DNA of 64,000 nucleotides, taken from NCBI RefSeq assembly GCF_001194135.2, contig NC_068984.1:66520509-66584508 (forward strand), written 5' to 3'. Of the stretch, positions 25,620 through 38,170 are shown piece by piece (the stretch's first letter is position 1; each line of letters begins with the position of its first letter). The translations under genes and the position numbers were made by a program. The notes under the pieces are model-generated. The model ran no database searches and was not told the DNA's origin. It saw nothing but the letters and a program-made list of their open reading frames with translations. This DNA comes from Octopus bimaculoides. Taxonomy: Eukaryota.

Positions 25620-26690
25620 TCATATTATAGAATCCTATGATCTGCTGATTGAAAACTCTTCTCATTCTGACAAGTTTCTTAAATTGCCTATCATCAAATT
25701 ATGGAGTATTTATCTTGGATAATGGAAATAGTATATGCATATCTTTTTAACTTACTCTGGAATTCATTAGGGAATTGTGTAGTTTACGACAAGTATGGCT
25801 GTAGACACCTCTATAACATACTTCATTAATAACTTGGCACTCTGAGCTTTCATAGATATTTTCTGTTCTGTTTATCATCACAGCTAAACAATAAAATGAA
25901 TATTATTTAAGCTATTGCTGCATACTTGAAGTTCTGTCATTAAATGTGCTGATGTTAAAAGATGAGTACAAAGTGAAAAAGTGTCCTCAGCTTTTATTCC
26001 CCTTTCATATATATACACCTGTGCCATCTTTTATTCCATTTAGAAAGTTTCTTTTAATATTCCACAATGAACATTATAATTTTCTGACAGTCTTGAAAAT
26101 CATTTTACCCAAATCTCCATATTCATCTTATCTTGCTTATTATTCATGTTGTTGGTTAATATTAAGCTTTATTCAACAAGTGGATTTTTGTAACAATCAT
26201 ATCCATTATTTATGTAATGCAGTACACTTTTCTGTAGAACTTGAATGTGGAGATTTTATTGGAATGAGACAGCTATCAGTTGGTATCAATCGTCATCAAT
26301 CAAATGTCACTATGAAAGAGATCCAACTATTGGATATTGCTGAAAATCAATGATGAAACCTGGTGGAGAGGTAATGCATGCATGCATGTTTGCCTATATG
26401 GTGAGTCAGACCTACACGAGTCCACATTTTGAATGGAAGTGATGATTCTGAAATGGACTTAGGATCAAATATTACTAGTTAGTCAATCCAGTAAGTGGGG
26501 CCTTACATCACTGATGGTGGTGGTGGTGGCAGTGAGGGCAGTACCCTGTAAAGCTGTCAAGAAGAAGGCCCTGAAAGGTTTCCAAAAGACACCTGAAACC
26601 TTCTGGTGTCCAATACGCACAGTTTTGAACTGACTGTGTTTGTGTTAGAAAGCTGTTTCCAATACTGTATACATTTCAAGTTTAGCAATC
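25620..26690 (+). pseudogene. Heavily decayed piggyBac-like transposase
   Basis: Fragments across frameshifts: I.ES-MIC..K.....F*Q...NYGV (an IDESM...SFRQ...KYG-like motif); SYLAYYSCC...HYLCNAVHF (a D-x-x-L-x-YY-like region followed by NA-x-x-L); and a C-terminal CKAVKKK...PETFWCP...SCFQYCIH resembling the piggyBac Cys-rich tail. Identity is low, recognition is by eye and no termini were found. Confidence 0.4.
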
Positions 26691-27331
26691 ATTTGCAGAT
26701 TAGATACGTTTCTATATTAGAATATGTCTTAATTTTCAGATTTTCAAATCTAGCTTTGTTACAGAAATAATAAGACACCACAGTTCATGCTATTTAACCC
26801 CAGGTCAACCAAGGTCAAGCAAACATTATATGCAATGATTTACTGTTCCAGGACAGTAAAGTACCATTTGAAGGTATATCAAGGAGATTGAGTGACAATA
26901 TAAAAGCCTTCCTCATTGGTTCAAAGCACCAATGTTGAACATTTTAAAGAACTTATTAATAATTAATTTGGTGCTTACATTTTCCTGAATTCAATATCCT
27001 TTGAGATTACTTTTTCACCTTATGCGGTAACAAGATGTAATGATATGAATGTGTGTGTGTATCCGTTTTTATCAATAATACATGTATATGTGTATATATG
27101 TGTGTGTATATGAATATACGCACACATTATTGAAAGACAATGTATACTCATTCCCTTTTAAATTCCAGGAGGATAAGTTTAAAAGATAAACTCGATTAAT
27201 AAGACAATAGATTAATTTGAAGCAGACTTGGAGAAAAGAGGATATGTCATTGATTAGGTTGTGAATGGCAGCAAAAGGACTTTGATGAAGACAAACAACT
27301 GATTGATTAACTGAGTGATTATACAAGCAAT

Positions 27332-27725
27332 TCTGGAGGCGCAATGGCCCAGTGGTTAGGGCAGCGGACTCACGGTCATAGGATCGCAGTTTCGATTTCC
27401 AGACAAGGCGTTGTGAATGTTTATTGAGCGAAAACACCTAAAGCTCCACGAGGCTCCGGCAGGGGATGGTGGCGAACCCTGCTGTACTCTTCCACCACAA
27501 CTTTCTCTCACTCTTACTTCCTGTTTCTGTTGTGCCTGTAATTCAAACGGTCAGCCTTGTCACACTGTATCACGCTGAATATCCCTGAGAACTATGTTAA
27601 GGGTACACGTGTGTGTGGAGTGCTCAGCCACTTGCACATTAATTTCATGAGCAGGCTGTTCCGTTGATTGGATCAACTGGAACCCTCGACGTCGAAAGCA
27701 ACAGAGTGCCAACAACAACAACAAA
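27332..27725 (+). mobile_element. Full-length young tRNA-derived SINE (family E) with 11 bp TSD
   Basis: tRNA-like head ggcgcaatggcccagtggttagggcagcggactc...gtttcgatttcc (A/B boxes); tail gagtgcc(aac)n; TSD atacaagcaat at 27321-27331 and 27726-27736. Confidence 0.92.
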
Positions 27726-28424
27726 ATACAAGCAATCAATCAGTTAGTTGATTAAATAATTAACAAATTGACTAATTATAAAGAAGTGAAATTAAACCAG
27801 TGCATGCGTTTATTATTAATGTAGTGACCTTCCTAAAATACTACAGAATTTGTTTCAACACATGAATTCACATCAAGAACCTTGGAAGTGAAATACGAAA
27901 ATGAAATATTAAAATGACTAGTTTCTGGTACTTATATGACATTGTGGTTTAAGTATCTAATATAAAAGTTCTTGGTTTAAAATCGGATATTTTATACCCA
28001 CAATCCAGTAAAACAACTTCTTGATCTCCAGATAAATCTTTGGCGGTTAGTAAGGATATTTATATGTATTCAAATTATTTGTTTAGAGTTTCAGCCAAAT
28101 GACATGCAATCTGCTGTCTAAAATATTATGTACTCCAGGCATAGATGTTCATATATTATTTATGTCAGTATACAAGATTTAAAATCAGTATATTTCGTTA
28201 CTTGCATAATTATCATATCTGTTAGTATAGTAACACAATTAACCAATAAGGGAACTTCTACATGGTTGCTTGAAATAGTAGCCAAAATAGCTAAATCCTC
28301 AATCCTCCTTAAATATAAAAGGGAAAGACATAGTAGATGGTGTGGTCATGGCTGGCATGCTCATTATAGGGTGACTCAAAGATAAAGAGCAACATAATTT
28401 TTTCAGTAGATAAATATAGTTAAT

Positions 28425-28650
28425 TTAACCCTTAAGCATTTAAACTGACCATATCAGGTCAAAATGTTCTATTTTTTTACATTCAAACCAACCAGATCCA
28501 GCCGCTTACGCTACCCTACAGTATCATTCTAAAAATAAACAAATCAAATTATTGAAATCTTGAAGCTACAAGACAATGCATGATTAATTCAAAACTGTAT
28601 GAAAAATAAGCATTCCAGTTGACAAAGTAATCTAAATGCTAAAGGGTTAA
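28425..28650. mobile_element. Non-autonomous piggyBac-type MITE (family 1), complete
   Basis: TTAA-cccttaagcattta ... taaatgctaaaggg-TTAA: inverted termini with a TTAA target site on both sides. Confidence 0.85.
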
Positions 28651-29216
28651 AACCCATTCCTCCTATCTAAAGAGCTAGTTAGTAACCAAGAATATGAAAT
28701 TCTATTGTTATCTGATAAATGGTCTTGTTCCTAATATAACAAGTGTGTAAGTAGAAAATTGATGTTGTTACTTGTTGCAAGCAATGGCTACACATAATGA
28801 TGAAGTGGAACATCTGGCAAGCTTATAGAGAACCAGAAATTTAGGTGTGAAAGATAGAGAAATACTTGACAATACTTTCATTTCTCTACTTATTGTATCC
28901 AAAGGTCAAATGTATTTATTCTTGTCCGTTGTCTATGTTTCACTCTCTCTACTTGATAATATTTATCAAGCAAAGATATATTTTCTTAATCTTTATAGAA
29001 AGTAATCCATTGAGGAAAATGTCTGCTTTGAAATAAGAATGTGTGTGTCATTGTATTTGCAAATAACCTATGTATTTCTAGTGCTTTTGATAAATACATT
29101 TAACCCATTTCTTGAGGAGTCACTATCAAATTCTACTGAAGTTCCCTCAGCAAAGCTATTATGCATGCTTCCATGAACATCATGTACCTACATATATAAT
29201 ACATACATACAACAAT

Positions 29217-29249
<33 letters not shown>

Positions 29250-29446
29250 ACAAACATTTATGGAGTTATTTCTTTCATATGCTTAAATAACTAATAAAAT
29301 TTGTTTATAGCATGCATATAAATATTTTGCAAACTAGTACCCTGTCAGGCAAAACCTTATTAAAACACATGAGAGGAACAAAACATGTTTCTGACACATT
29401 TAAGCGGCTGCTTCAAACACAAATAACAAAAAGAATGTGTTATACA

Positions 29447-29481
<35 letters not shown>

Positions 29482-30562
29482 TAAAAAAACAACAACTATA
29501 TATAAATAAGTAGATAAAGGAGAAAAAAATTCAATTTCTTGTATGAAAAGCAAATTTAATTGAGTGAACTCAAAATACTTTTGAAAATATATTTATCAAA
29601 AAATAATTCTATTTCATTTTGTCTCATGTTTTCAGTTTTCCTACAATGTACTGTTTATCTGTTCTTTTTAAACATACACGCAACACCTTTGAGCAATCTA
29701 TTTAAGCAATTATTAATTGAATGGTTGCATGGTTGCATCTAAAGAAGTTTTCCCATCTTAGATTCTGTTGCTGCTTTGTTATTGATTCTCTTGTAATCTC
29801 TTTCTCTCTCTCTCTCTCTACCCACCCTTATAATAACATTTTTTTAAAGAAACCCAGCCCATTTGATCAAGGAAGATCAGAATGAAAAAAAAACAAAAAT
29901 AATCACCTCTTTGAAACTTTATCTGGTTAGTTATTTTTCTACTTAGATTAGATTTGTTATTATTATTTTAATTTTTTTTTTATCAAGGATATTACAAGCA
30001 ATCAACACCCATGTTACTATCAGAAACTCTTTCAATTCTTAGAACTGCTCCTAAATTCTGGATTGACTTTTGACTTTCTTTTCTTCCCCACTATCAAAGG
30101 TTTTGTATTTTTTTTAATGTTATAAACTAATTTCACATCACAGCATCATGTTTAATCACCATGTCCTAATACAAGATTTACGGAATCACTTTAAGTACAC
30201 CAGTATTGTATCTTGTATATAAGCAATCTGCACACCCTATTTCATTGTATTGGTCTAATTGGGAATGTTTACGAGCTCTTTCAGTTAAATCACTAAAATA
30301 TATTAATTTCTCTTTGTGCGCTTTCTTTCATGATATTCATCTTTTGTATTGATTTAATATCTATTTCTCCATGCTTAGAAGAGTTCTATGAATATATCTT
30401 CATATTCATATATCAGATATAAAGAATTTTGAGAGTAACTAAGTAAACAGTACAAATTGTGTTTGTTGTAACATTACATAATACAAAGCAAGTTTAAATA
30501 ATATTCCACTTCCTATGAATTTGTATGAAAAACAGAGCTATTTTGATTTATAATGAAAATTA

Positions 30563-30724
30563 CTATGATTGTGTGGTAAGAAGCTCGCTTCACAGTCACA
30601 TAGTTTCAGGTTCAGTCCCACTGTGTAGCACCTTGCACGAGTGTCTTCTTCTATATTCTCAGGCTGACCAAAGCCATGTGAGTGGAATTGGTAGACAGAA
30701 GTTGAAAGAAGGCCATTGTATATA

Positions 30725-30786
<62 letters not shown>

Positions 30787-30977
30787 ACCACCACTTGACA
30801 ACTGGTGTAGGTTTGTTTATGTCCCCATAACTTATTGGTTTGGCAAAAGATACCAATAGTACAATTAGCAGGTTTAGAAAATATGTGCTGGATATGAATT
30901 GTTCCACTAAATTCTTCAATGGTGTGCTCCATTATGGCTACAGTGCAATGACCAAAACAAGTAAAAGATAATAAGAA
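30563..30977 (+). mobile_element. SINE family A, full length with internal (TG)n
   Basis: Head tgtgtggtaagaagctcgc...ggttcagtcccactg; core ccttg..cgagtgtcttct...gaccaaagcc; (TG)n; tail cttgacaac...gaccaaaacaagtaaaaga. Confidence 0.9.
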
Positions 30978-31887
30978 TCCGTTCTGTTGCATCAGGTTAT
31001 CTATTAAACTGTATATTTGATTTAATTTGACATACTATATATATATATATATTACATAGTTTAAGGAAGATAAAGAATGATTGCAGCCTTTGCAGGTTTC
31101 CCAAATTGCTTTGGTCAGTACTGTTTGTGTTTAAATTAAGCATGTATATCTTGTTGTCAGAAAGGCAAAAATGGGTAGGTTTCTGTTCTGTGATAGAATT
31201 GGATAAAGTCTGGCTCACAAAACGAGAGAAAACCTCAAAAGTCTGTGTTATGTTGCATGCATTTGTATGCATGTGGGCATGTAAACTTTGAAAGTAGAAT
31301 ACCTCGTTTATGCTTGTTTAATTTTCTTTGGTATGCACCTATACTAAAACTACAATAAATTCTCAGAATTTAGCTTCAATGTGTTTCCTTTTGGAATATG
31401 ATTATTTCATAGTTATTCAATTCAGTGTGTGTGTATGTATATGTATATATATCCCTCTCTCTCTTTCTCTCTCTTTGGGAGAGAGGCACATGCACATACA
31501 CAGACATATACACACGCGGCAGTAACTTCCGCCTACCAAATTCAATCACAAAGCTTCGGTCGCTAATAAGATACCACTTATGTGCTTAAATGTACAGTGT
31601 TTATATATATATATATATATATATNNNNNNNNNNNNNNNNNNNNNNNNNNNNNNNNNNNNNNNNNNNNNNNNNNNNNNNNNNNNNNNNNNNNNNNNNNNN
31701 NNNNNNNNNNNNNNNNNNNNNNNNNNNNNNNNNNNNNNNNNNNNNNNNNNNNNNNNNNNNNNNNNNNNNNNNNNNNNNNNNNNNNNNNNNNNNNNNNNNN
31801 NNNNNNNNNNNNNNNNNNNNNNNNNNNNNNNNNNNNNNNNNNNNNNNNNNNNNNNNNNNNNNNNNNNNNNNNNNNNNNNNNNNNNNN

Positions 31888-31955
<68 letters not shown>

Positions 31956-31989
31956 GTATATATATCATCATCATCATATATATATAATG

Positions 31990-32122
31990 ACATGCTTCTT
32001 TCAGTCTCCGTTTACCAAATCCACTCACAAGACTTTGATTGGCTCAAGAGTGTAGTAGAAGAGGCTACAGTGGGACTGAACCCAGAGCCATATGACTGGC
32101 AAGCAATCTTCTTGCCACACAG
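31990..32122 (-). mobile_element. SINE family A head and core
   Basis: cttctttcagtctccgtttaccaaatccactcacaagactttg...gggactgaacccagagcc...ccacacagcc. Confidence 0.85.
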
Positions 32123-32150
32123 CCAATGTTCTCTTGTGGATTCATTGCAG

Positions 32151-32232
32151 TTAAGCATCTACTTGCACTCAGAACCTCCTATGCAAAGGCTCCAAATGAG
32201 CAAAACAGCAAAACATACATGGGAAACAAATG
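32151..32232 (+). CDS. Candidate internal exon of an unidentified gene
   Basis: ttcattgcag| ... tg|gtatga; reads KHLLALRTSYAKAPNEQNSKTYMGNK. No homology recognised. Confidence 0.22.
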
Positions 32233-32414
32233 GTATGAATTTGTGTTTATCGTGATTTCTCCTACATTTACTCTATAAACATCATAACTAGTAATACTAC
32301 TAAGTATAGTAACAACCAAACCACTTTACAGACTGGATGAAGATAATCTATGTAGAGCTCTAAACAGTAGCAGTTATACTTCTGACTGTACAACACAAGA
32401 TATATATATACGCA

Positions 32415-32568
32415 CTCATGCTGGTGACACCCAGTACACTCTGTAGAGTGGTTGGCATTAGGAAGGGCATCCAGTTGTAGAAGCAAGCCAAAATAGACTG
32501 GTGTAGCTCTCTAGCTTACCAGCTCCAGTCAAGCTGTCTAACCAATGCCAGCATGAAAAACAGATGTT
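32415..32568 (+). mobile_element. SINE family B tail
   Basis: gtacactctgtagagtggttggcattaggaagggcatccag...gccagcatgaaaaacagatgtta. Confidence 0.85.
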
Positions 32569-32586
32569 ACACACACACACGCACAT

Positions 32587-32804
32587 TAATGGGTGGTGTA
32601 AAGTTCCTGGCTTTGGGTAAAAGAAAATACAGTGGGGTCAGTTAATTATGATTTTATTCAACATACCCCACTCTCAGATTCACAGACTTACTGCAGTGGT
32701 CCTTCAGTTTTTCTAAGCTTTGTAACAGAACTGAGAAGATTGGGCTTCCAATCAAGCCTTCTATGAAACCCTTAAAGCCAGGAACTTTTCAGCACCTCCT
32801 TGTA
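32587..32804. mobile_element. Mariner-type MITE
   Basis: Terminal inverted repeats gggtggtgtaaagttcctggcttt / aaagccaggaacttttcagcacctccttgta with TA ends. Confidence 0.7.
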
Positions 32805-32818
32805 CGTGAGTCTGTGTG

Positions 32819-32862
<44 letters not shown>

Positions 32863-33134
32863 TTATGTGTGTATGTATATTTGTGAGGTGTGGACAAATA
32901 AAATTGGTGCATCAAACAAAAATATTGTATGTTAAACACCAAAGTATTTTAGATTGTTGTAATTGATTAAAATGTTTCAGCACAATGTGTACATACATAC
33001 TTTGATAAAACATTTCTCGCCATTTCTATTTATATACATCGAATATTGAATTTTTATTATGATTACTTATTCTATCATTAAACTTGAAAAGACCTCGATC
33101 ACTTCAAAAGTACACCTTAACTCTTACAGGCCAA

Positions 33135-33325
33135 TGCATGAGCCTCTACGTGGTCATTTGATTTGCTAGAAATAGCAGTGAAATCCCCTTAAATAACACT
33201 GCCATCTTGATAAAGATAAAGGAACACATTGGATAATGTTTTCCTGGGTTCTTACTAACAACAAAATAGATGTGATTGATCTGCTCAACCAGACAGCGAT
33301 GAACTATGGTTAAACAAAAGTAACA
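33135..33325 (+). mobile_element. Repeat family F (SINE/LINE-tail-like). Further copies at ~20760-20990, 21205-21330, 23345-23525(-), 24800-25000, 34765-34990(-), 50780-50900(-) and 59560-59820(-)
   Basis: Recurrent motifs tgctagaaatagcag, cacattggataatg, tttgatcat/a.g and ctaaacaa. The class is uncertain. Confidence 0.65.
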
Positions 33326-33589
33326 AGCTTAGACTCTTATATTTATATATTCATTTAATGCATAAAGAAAACTAAATTTGTATACACACATCAAAACTTC
33401 AAAATATTCGCCATACATCAAATAAATTAATTATTTAGCAGACTTTTAACACAATATATTGTTACAACAAAAACTTGTATAAATGCATAAATATTTTATG
33501 TATTTTGCAAATGATTGTCTTTATAGATTGGTTTTAACTTTTAAAATATGTCTTACCATTTTGAATTTAATCTATCAACAAACAAACCT

Positions 33590-33623
<34 letters not shown>

Positions 33624-33729
33624 TTTGCAGTAATTTTTAGTGTGACTGTGAATCTACATTACGTGTGTACCTGTAAATTTGTGCATAAACATCACTATGT
33701 TATTTTCTTGTAGGTTCTTGTCAGCATAT

Positions 33730-33745
33730 AATAATAATGGTGATG

Positions 33746-33776
<31 letters not shown>

Positions 33777-33850
33777 GGATGATGATGATGATGATGATAA
33801 TGATAATAATAATAATAATAATAATAATATTAATAATAATAATAATAATG
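33730..33850. repeat. Compound (GAT)n-(AAT)n microsatellite
   Basis: Seen directly. Confidence 0.95.
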
Positions 33851-33969
33851 TGTGTGGGTGTATGTTTAAAGTGTATGAATGACTATTTTACTTTGTGTTT
33901 CTAGTTTTGATAAAATATTATGGTTCAGGAATTTCCATTCTGTAAGGTAATTTTACCAGCATTGGTTTT

Positions 33970-34006
<37 letters not shown>

Positions 34007-34075
34007 ATGTGTGTGTGTGTGTGTGTGTGTATTTATATACATGTTGGCTGGTATTTTGTTCTGAAATGTATACTT

Positions 34076-34116
<41 letters not shown>

Positions 34117-34171
34117 TATGTGAAAGCTTGTGTTTAAAATGTAAAAATTAACTTACAGTTTTATTCTTTAG

Positions 34172-34299
34172 CAATATTTGGGTTCCTTCTGCTACATTCT
34201 TCAGTTCAGTTTCACTTCCAGTGCTAAGGCCATGCTTGAGCATTGCTCTACCTTTATGGAATGTGTGTCTCCTATGTCGTTCAATGACTTTGTTTATAT
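34172..34299 (+). CDS. Candidate internal exon of an unidentified gene
   Basis: Acceptor ttttattctttag, donor at|gtgagt; two stop-free frames (QYLGSFCYILQFSFTSSAKAMLEHCSTFMECVSPMSFNDFVY or NIWVPSATFF...MTLFI). No homology recognised. Confidence 0.25.
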
Positions 34300-34352
34300 G
34301 TGAGTTTACTAAAACCTATGCTTTGTATGAAGTTTTATTGAATTTAACGTTT

Positions 34353-34596
34353 CTAACCCTTTTGATACCAACCTGCCTGAGACCACCACAGGTTTTTTGA
34401 TGCAAACTTTATGTTTTAAAGTGATCTAAATTGAAACTTTACATCAAAATTTCATATTAATTTATGCTAATCATATTAATTTCCAAACACCATTTTATTG
34501 AGGACAAAGTTATTTTACTTTATTCTTCATTATTCTCAAAATAAGTTGAAACGAATGCAGTGTTTTTAACAGAAATTTGGTAACAAAAAGAATTTA
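34353..34596. mobile_element. piggyBac-type MITE family 2
   Basis: ctaacccttttgataccaac ... ttggtaacaaaaagaatTTAA; the interior is collinear with 20202-20424. Confidence 0.7.
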
Positions 34597-34647
34597 AATC
34601 ATCCTTCATTTGTAGCTTATATTTGTGAGATCCAATGTGTGCGCGCA

Positions 34648-34762
34648 TGTATGTGTGTGTGTGTGTTGTGTTGTATTGCACTGCACTGTGCTGCATTGCA
34701 TTATGTTGTGCTGCACTGAATTGCATTGCATTGTGTTGTGTTGTGTTGCCTTGTGTTGTGTT
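34648..34762. repeat. (TG)n grading into a degenerate pentamer repeat (TGTGT/TGCAY)n
   Basis: gtgttgtgttgtattgcactgcactgtgctgcattgcattatgttgtgctgcactg... Confidence 0.85.
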
Positions 34763-35073
34763 TGTTGTTATTTAGCCACAGGTTATACCTGGTCAGACAG
34801 ACTTCTGATCAAAGACATTCTAGTTATAACCATCTTATATCAGACATCATATATCCATGTCTGACATTACATTTTCCAGTATGTCCTTTTGTTGTTTTTT
34901 TACAAGATGATAGTGTGTAAATTGAAGGTCATGTAGCACTTATTTCTAAAAGGTCAACAAACCATTTAGAAATTCCCTTTAACAATGATGGGGATGGTTG
35001 CTTATAACTATCATGCAATGTCAAAACAACACATATACTCACACACTCACACAGACACAGAGATGCACACACA

Positions 35074-35121
<48 letters not shown>

Positions 35122-35124
35122 GCA

Positions 35125-35262
35125 GGTTGCTTTCAATTTCTACCTCCAAAATCAGTTCGCAGGCCTTGGTTGGCTTAGAGTTATAGCAGAAGATATTAAT
35201 CCAAGGAATCACACGGTGGGACTGAACCAAGAACCATAAGGCTTGGAAGTGAACTTCTTAAC
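35125..35262 (-). mobile_element. SINE family A head and core, degenerate
   Basis: caatttctacctccaaaatcagttcgcaggccttggttggc...ggggactgaaccaagaaccat. Confidence 0.75.
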
Positions 35263-35625
35263 ATGTCCAATTTTTTATACTTCTGCTTATTTATACCTAT
35301 AAAAACATGGCTAATTATCCATAGTTGCTTTCATTTAATTTTAATTTTAATTTGTTGGATAGATTTCTTTACAAAATAGTTTAATATCTGAAATTATTAA
35401 TTTGATTGTCTATTCTTGTTAATTTCTTAATTTTAATAATTTAGTCAGTGAGATGGAGCTGTGCTGATTATCTTTGTTGGCCATCTGGGACTGGTGAAAC
35501 TGATACTGCAATGTTCATCTGAAAAAATTACAAAACAATGACTGCGTAACAGACTTTGGCCAGGAGAAAATTCCTGAAGGGGAGATATTCTGCAGAAGAA
35601 GGATTTGGGTGAAACAAATTTAATT

Positions 35626-35818
35626 TATCTATCTTTTACTTGTTTCAGTCATTGAACTGTGGCCATAATGGAGCCTCAGTACGTATTGTATTTCAAGTTT
35701 GGTACTTATTTTATCATTCTCTTCCACTGAACTGCTAAGTTATTGAGATATAAACAAACCGCTACTATTTGTCAAGTAGTAGTGGGGGAAAAATACAGAC
35801 ACAAAAGCAAAAACAAAT

Positions 35819-35853
<35 letters not shown>

Positions 35854-36046
35854 CACACGCACACACACACACACACATACACACACATATGACAAACTTC
35901 TTTCAGTTTAGTTTCCATCTAGCAAATTCCCACACAAGGCTTTGGTCAGCCTGAGGGTATAGTAGAAGATACTTCCCCAAGGTGCAACACAGTAGGACTG
36001 AACCAAGGATCATATGGTTGGGAAGTGAACTTTTTACCACACAGCA
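35626..36046 (-). mobile_element. SINE family A, full length with internal (CA)n
   Basis: cttttacttgtttcagtcattgaactgtggcc...(ca)n...ggactgaaccaagg...taccacacagc. Confidence 0.88.
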
Positions 36047-36126
36047 TATCTAATATATAATCAAAAATTTAGTGTTTATTATTATGATAATTTTACTGAA
36101 ACTTGACTTGTCATATTTATTTGTTG

Positions 36127-36168
<42 letters not shown>

Positions 36169-36795
36169 TATTTTTGTTAGTCTATAATGTTATATTCTTA
36201 TTTATTGCTATTTATTTATTAGTCTTGTTCATATTATCCTTTCATGAAAACAGAATTCTACAATTCCTTTAATTTTGATCTCATGAGATTTTTTTGGTAT
36301 TATGTTTCATGAAATTCTAACCTTTTCTTCATATCCTTAACCTGAGGTTTAAATATAAATTATCTAATAATTTTATAACTATGTTTATTTTGTCAATAAT
36401 TCAGTCTCTATTTACTTTAGAGAAATATTTGCTTTCGGTTTAATTGTGGTAGATCTTTGGTTGTAGACTTCAGCTGTTTCCTGGTTTTGGTCAAATGCAT
36501 TGTTCTTGTTCCTTTGACTAAGCAATAAAGACCAAATTAACAAGGGCAGCTGGAACAAAGCAGATGAGGTTTGATTCCTATTGTAATACCTGTTTCTGTT
36601 TTTTCAATGAACAAAGACCAATATGGCAATATGATTGAAAAGTTTGCTGTGAAGCCAAGTGGTTCCAGATTTGATTTCACTGCATGGTACCTTCTATAAG
36701 TATCTCCTGCTGCATATCCTCAAGTAAACAAAAGGTTGCTGAGTGACATGCAGTAGTAGGAAGCCTGTCATGTATGTGCATGTATACACACACAC

Positions 36796-36965
36796 ACTTG
36801 TTTCTGTCATTGGACTATGGCCATGCTGGAGCACCACCTTGAAGGGTTTTAGTGAAAAAAATTGACCCCAGGGCTTATTTTTTAAAGCCTAGTACTTATA
36901 TCAGTCTCATTAAACACACCAACACCAGTTGTTAAACAGTCATGGGGGGGGGGGAACAGACACAG
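36796..36965 (-). mobile_element. SINE family A tail
   Basis: cttgtttctgtcattggactatggccatgctggagcaccaccttgaagg...gaccccagggcttatt. Confidence 0.8.
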
Positions 36966-37651
36966 ACACAAAGTCACACACACATAAACATGCATATATT
37001 ATATATATATATATATTTATATGCACACATACACAAATGCACACACACACATACACACACACACATATTTATATATGTAATAAATTCATAATTATGATAG
37101 AGGGTACATGAAGCACAGGCTTGCTAGAGAGTGGAGTCAAAACCCCAAACTTATCCACCAATCTCATTGAAAATATGGAATGGATCAACAGAAATCAAGC
37201 AAACAAGTAGAATTTGACATACCATCTCAGCTAAAATGCTGTAGAATGATGTAACAGATATACCTGAATCATGATGTCAAATTTTTGCTAGTGCCTTAAT
37301 TCTCATATATATATATAGTATTAATAAAATAGGTGGAAAAAAAGATTTTATTTAGTACGACACATGTTTCAACCCATTCTGGGTCCCTTCGGGCACATAA
37401 ATAAATAAAAAGATAAAAATTCTCACTAGAGATTCAGTTTTACATATCTCTAAGTGTCTATTAACTTTGTGAATGAGTAAAAATCAGAGAAAAGTTGAAA
37501 TGTGGAAAGTTCCTGTCTTTCTACTGTTTAATCTATTTTCATTGGCATGTTAAATTATGCTAGTTTGAATTGATAAAATTGACTAGCCTCTTCCCACCAA
37601 ATTTCAAGCCTATAAGCACACTATAGTAGTAAGGATTATTATTATTATTAT

Positions 37652-38170
37652 AAAGGTGGCAAACTGGCAGAATCAGTAGCATGCTGGGCAAAATGCTTAG
37701 TGGCATTTCGTCCATCTTTATGTTCTGAGTTCAAAATTCCTCCAAGGTTGACTTTACCTTTCATCCTTCTGGGGTTGATAAAATAAGTACCTGTACACTG
37801 GGTTTGATATAATCAACTTATCCCCTTTCTGATTTTGCTCACCTTATGGCAAAATTTGAAATCATTATTTTATGCTAATTTAAGGTAGCGAGCTGGCAGA
37901 ATTGTTAGAACTTTGGAAAAACGTTTTGTAGTATTTCTTCTGAGTTATTACATTCTGAGTTCTAATCCTGCCAAGATCAGCTTTGCCTTTCATCCTTTCA
38001 GGGTCGATAAAATAAAGTACCAGTCAAGCACTGGTGTTGATGAAAAATTTCCCCTAGAATTGCTGGCCTTGTGCCAAAATTCGAAACTATTGTAAGATGG
38101 TGAGCTGGTGGAATTGCTATCACACAAAACAAAATGTATAGCAGCATTTCTTATTGATTCACATCCTAAG
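37652..38170 (+). mobile_element. Tandem cluster of SINE family C (two full copies and one head)
   Basis: aaggtggcaaactggcagaatc (37652), aaggtagcgagctggcagaatt (37882) and aagatggtgagctggtggaatt (38095). The first two each have ttctgagttc(a/t)aa...ctt(t)(a/g)cctttcatcctt...gataaaataa. Confidence 0.85.

Noticed and set aside
27335-27410. tRNA gene (also other GGTTC-type heads of families A, C and D)
   Set aside because: The tRNA-like region runs into a SINE body with tail and TSD and has no complete acceptor stem.
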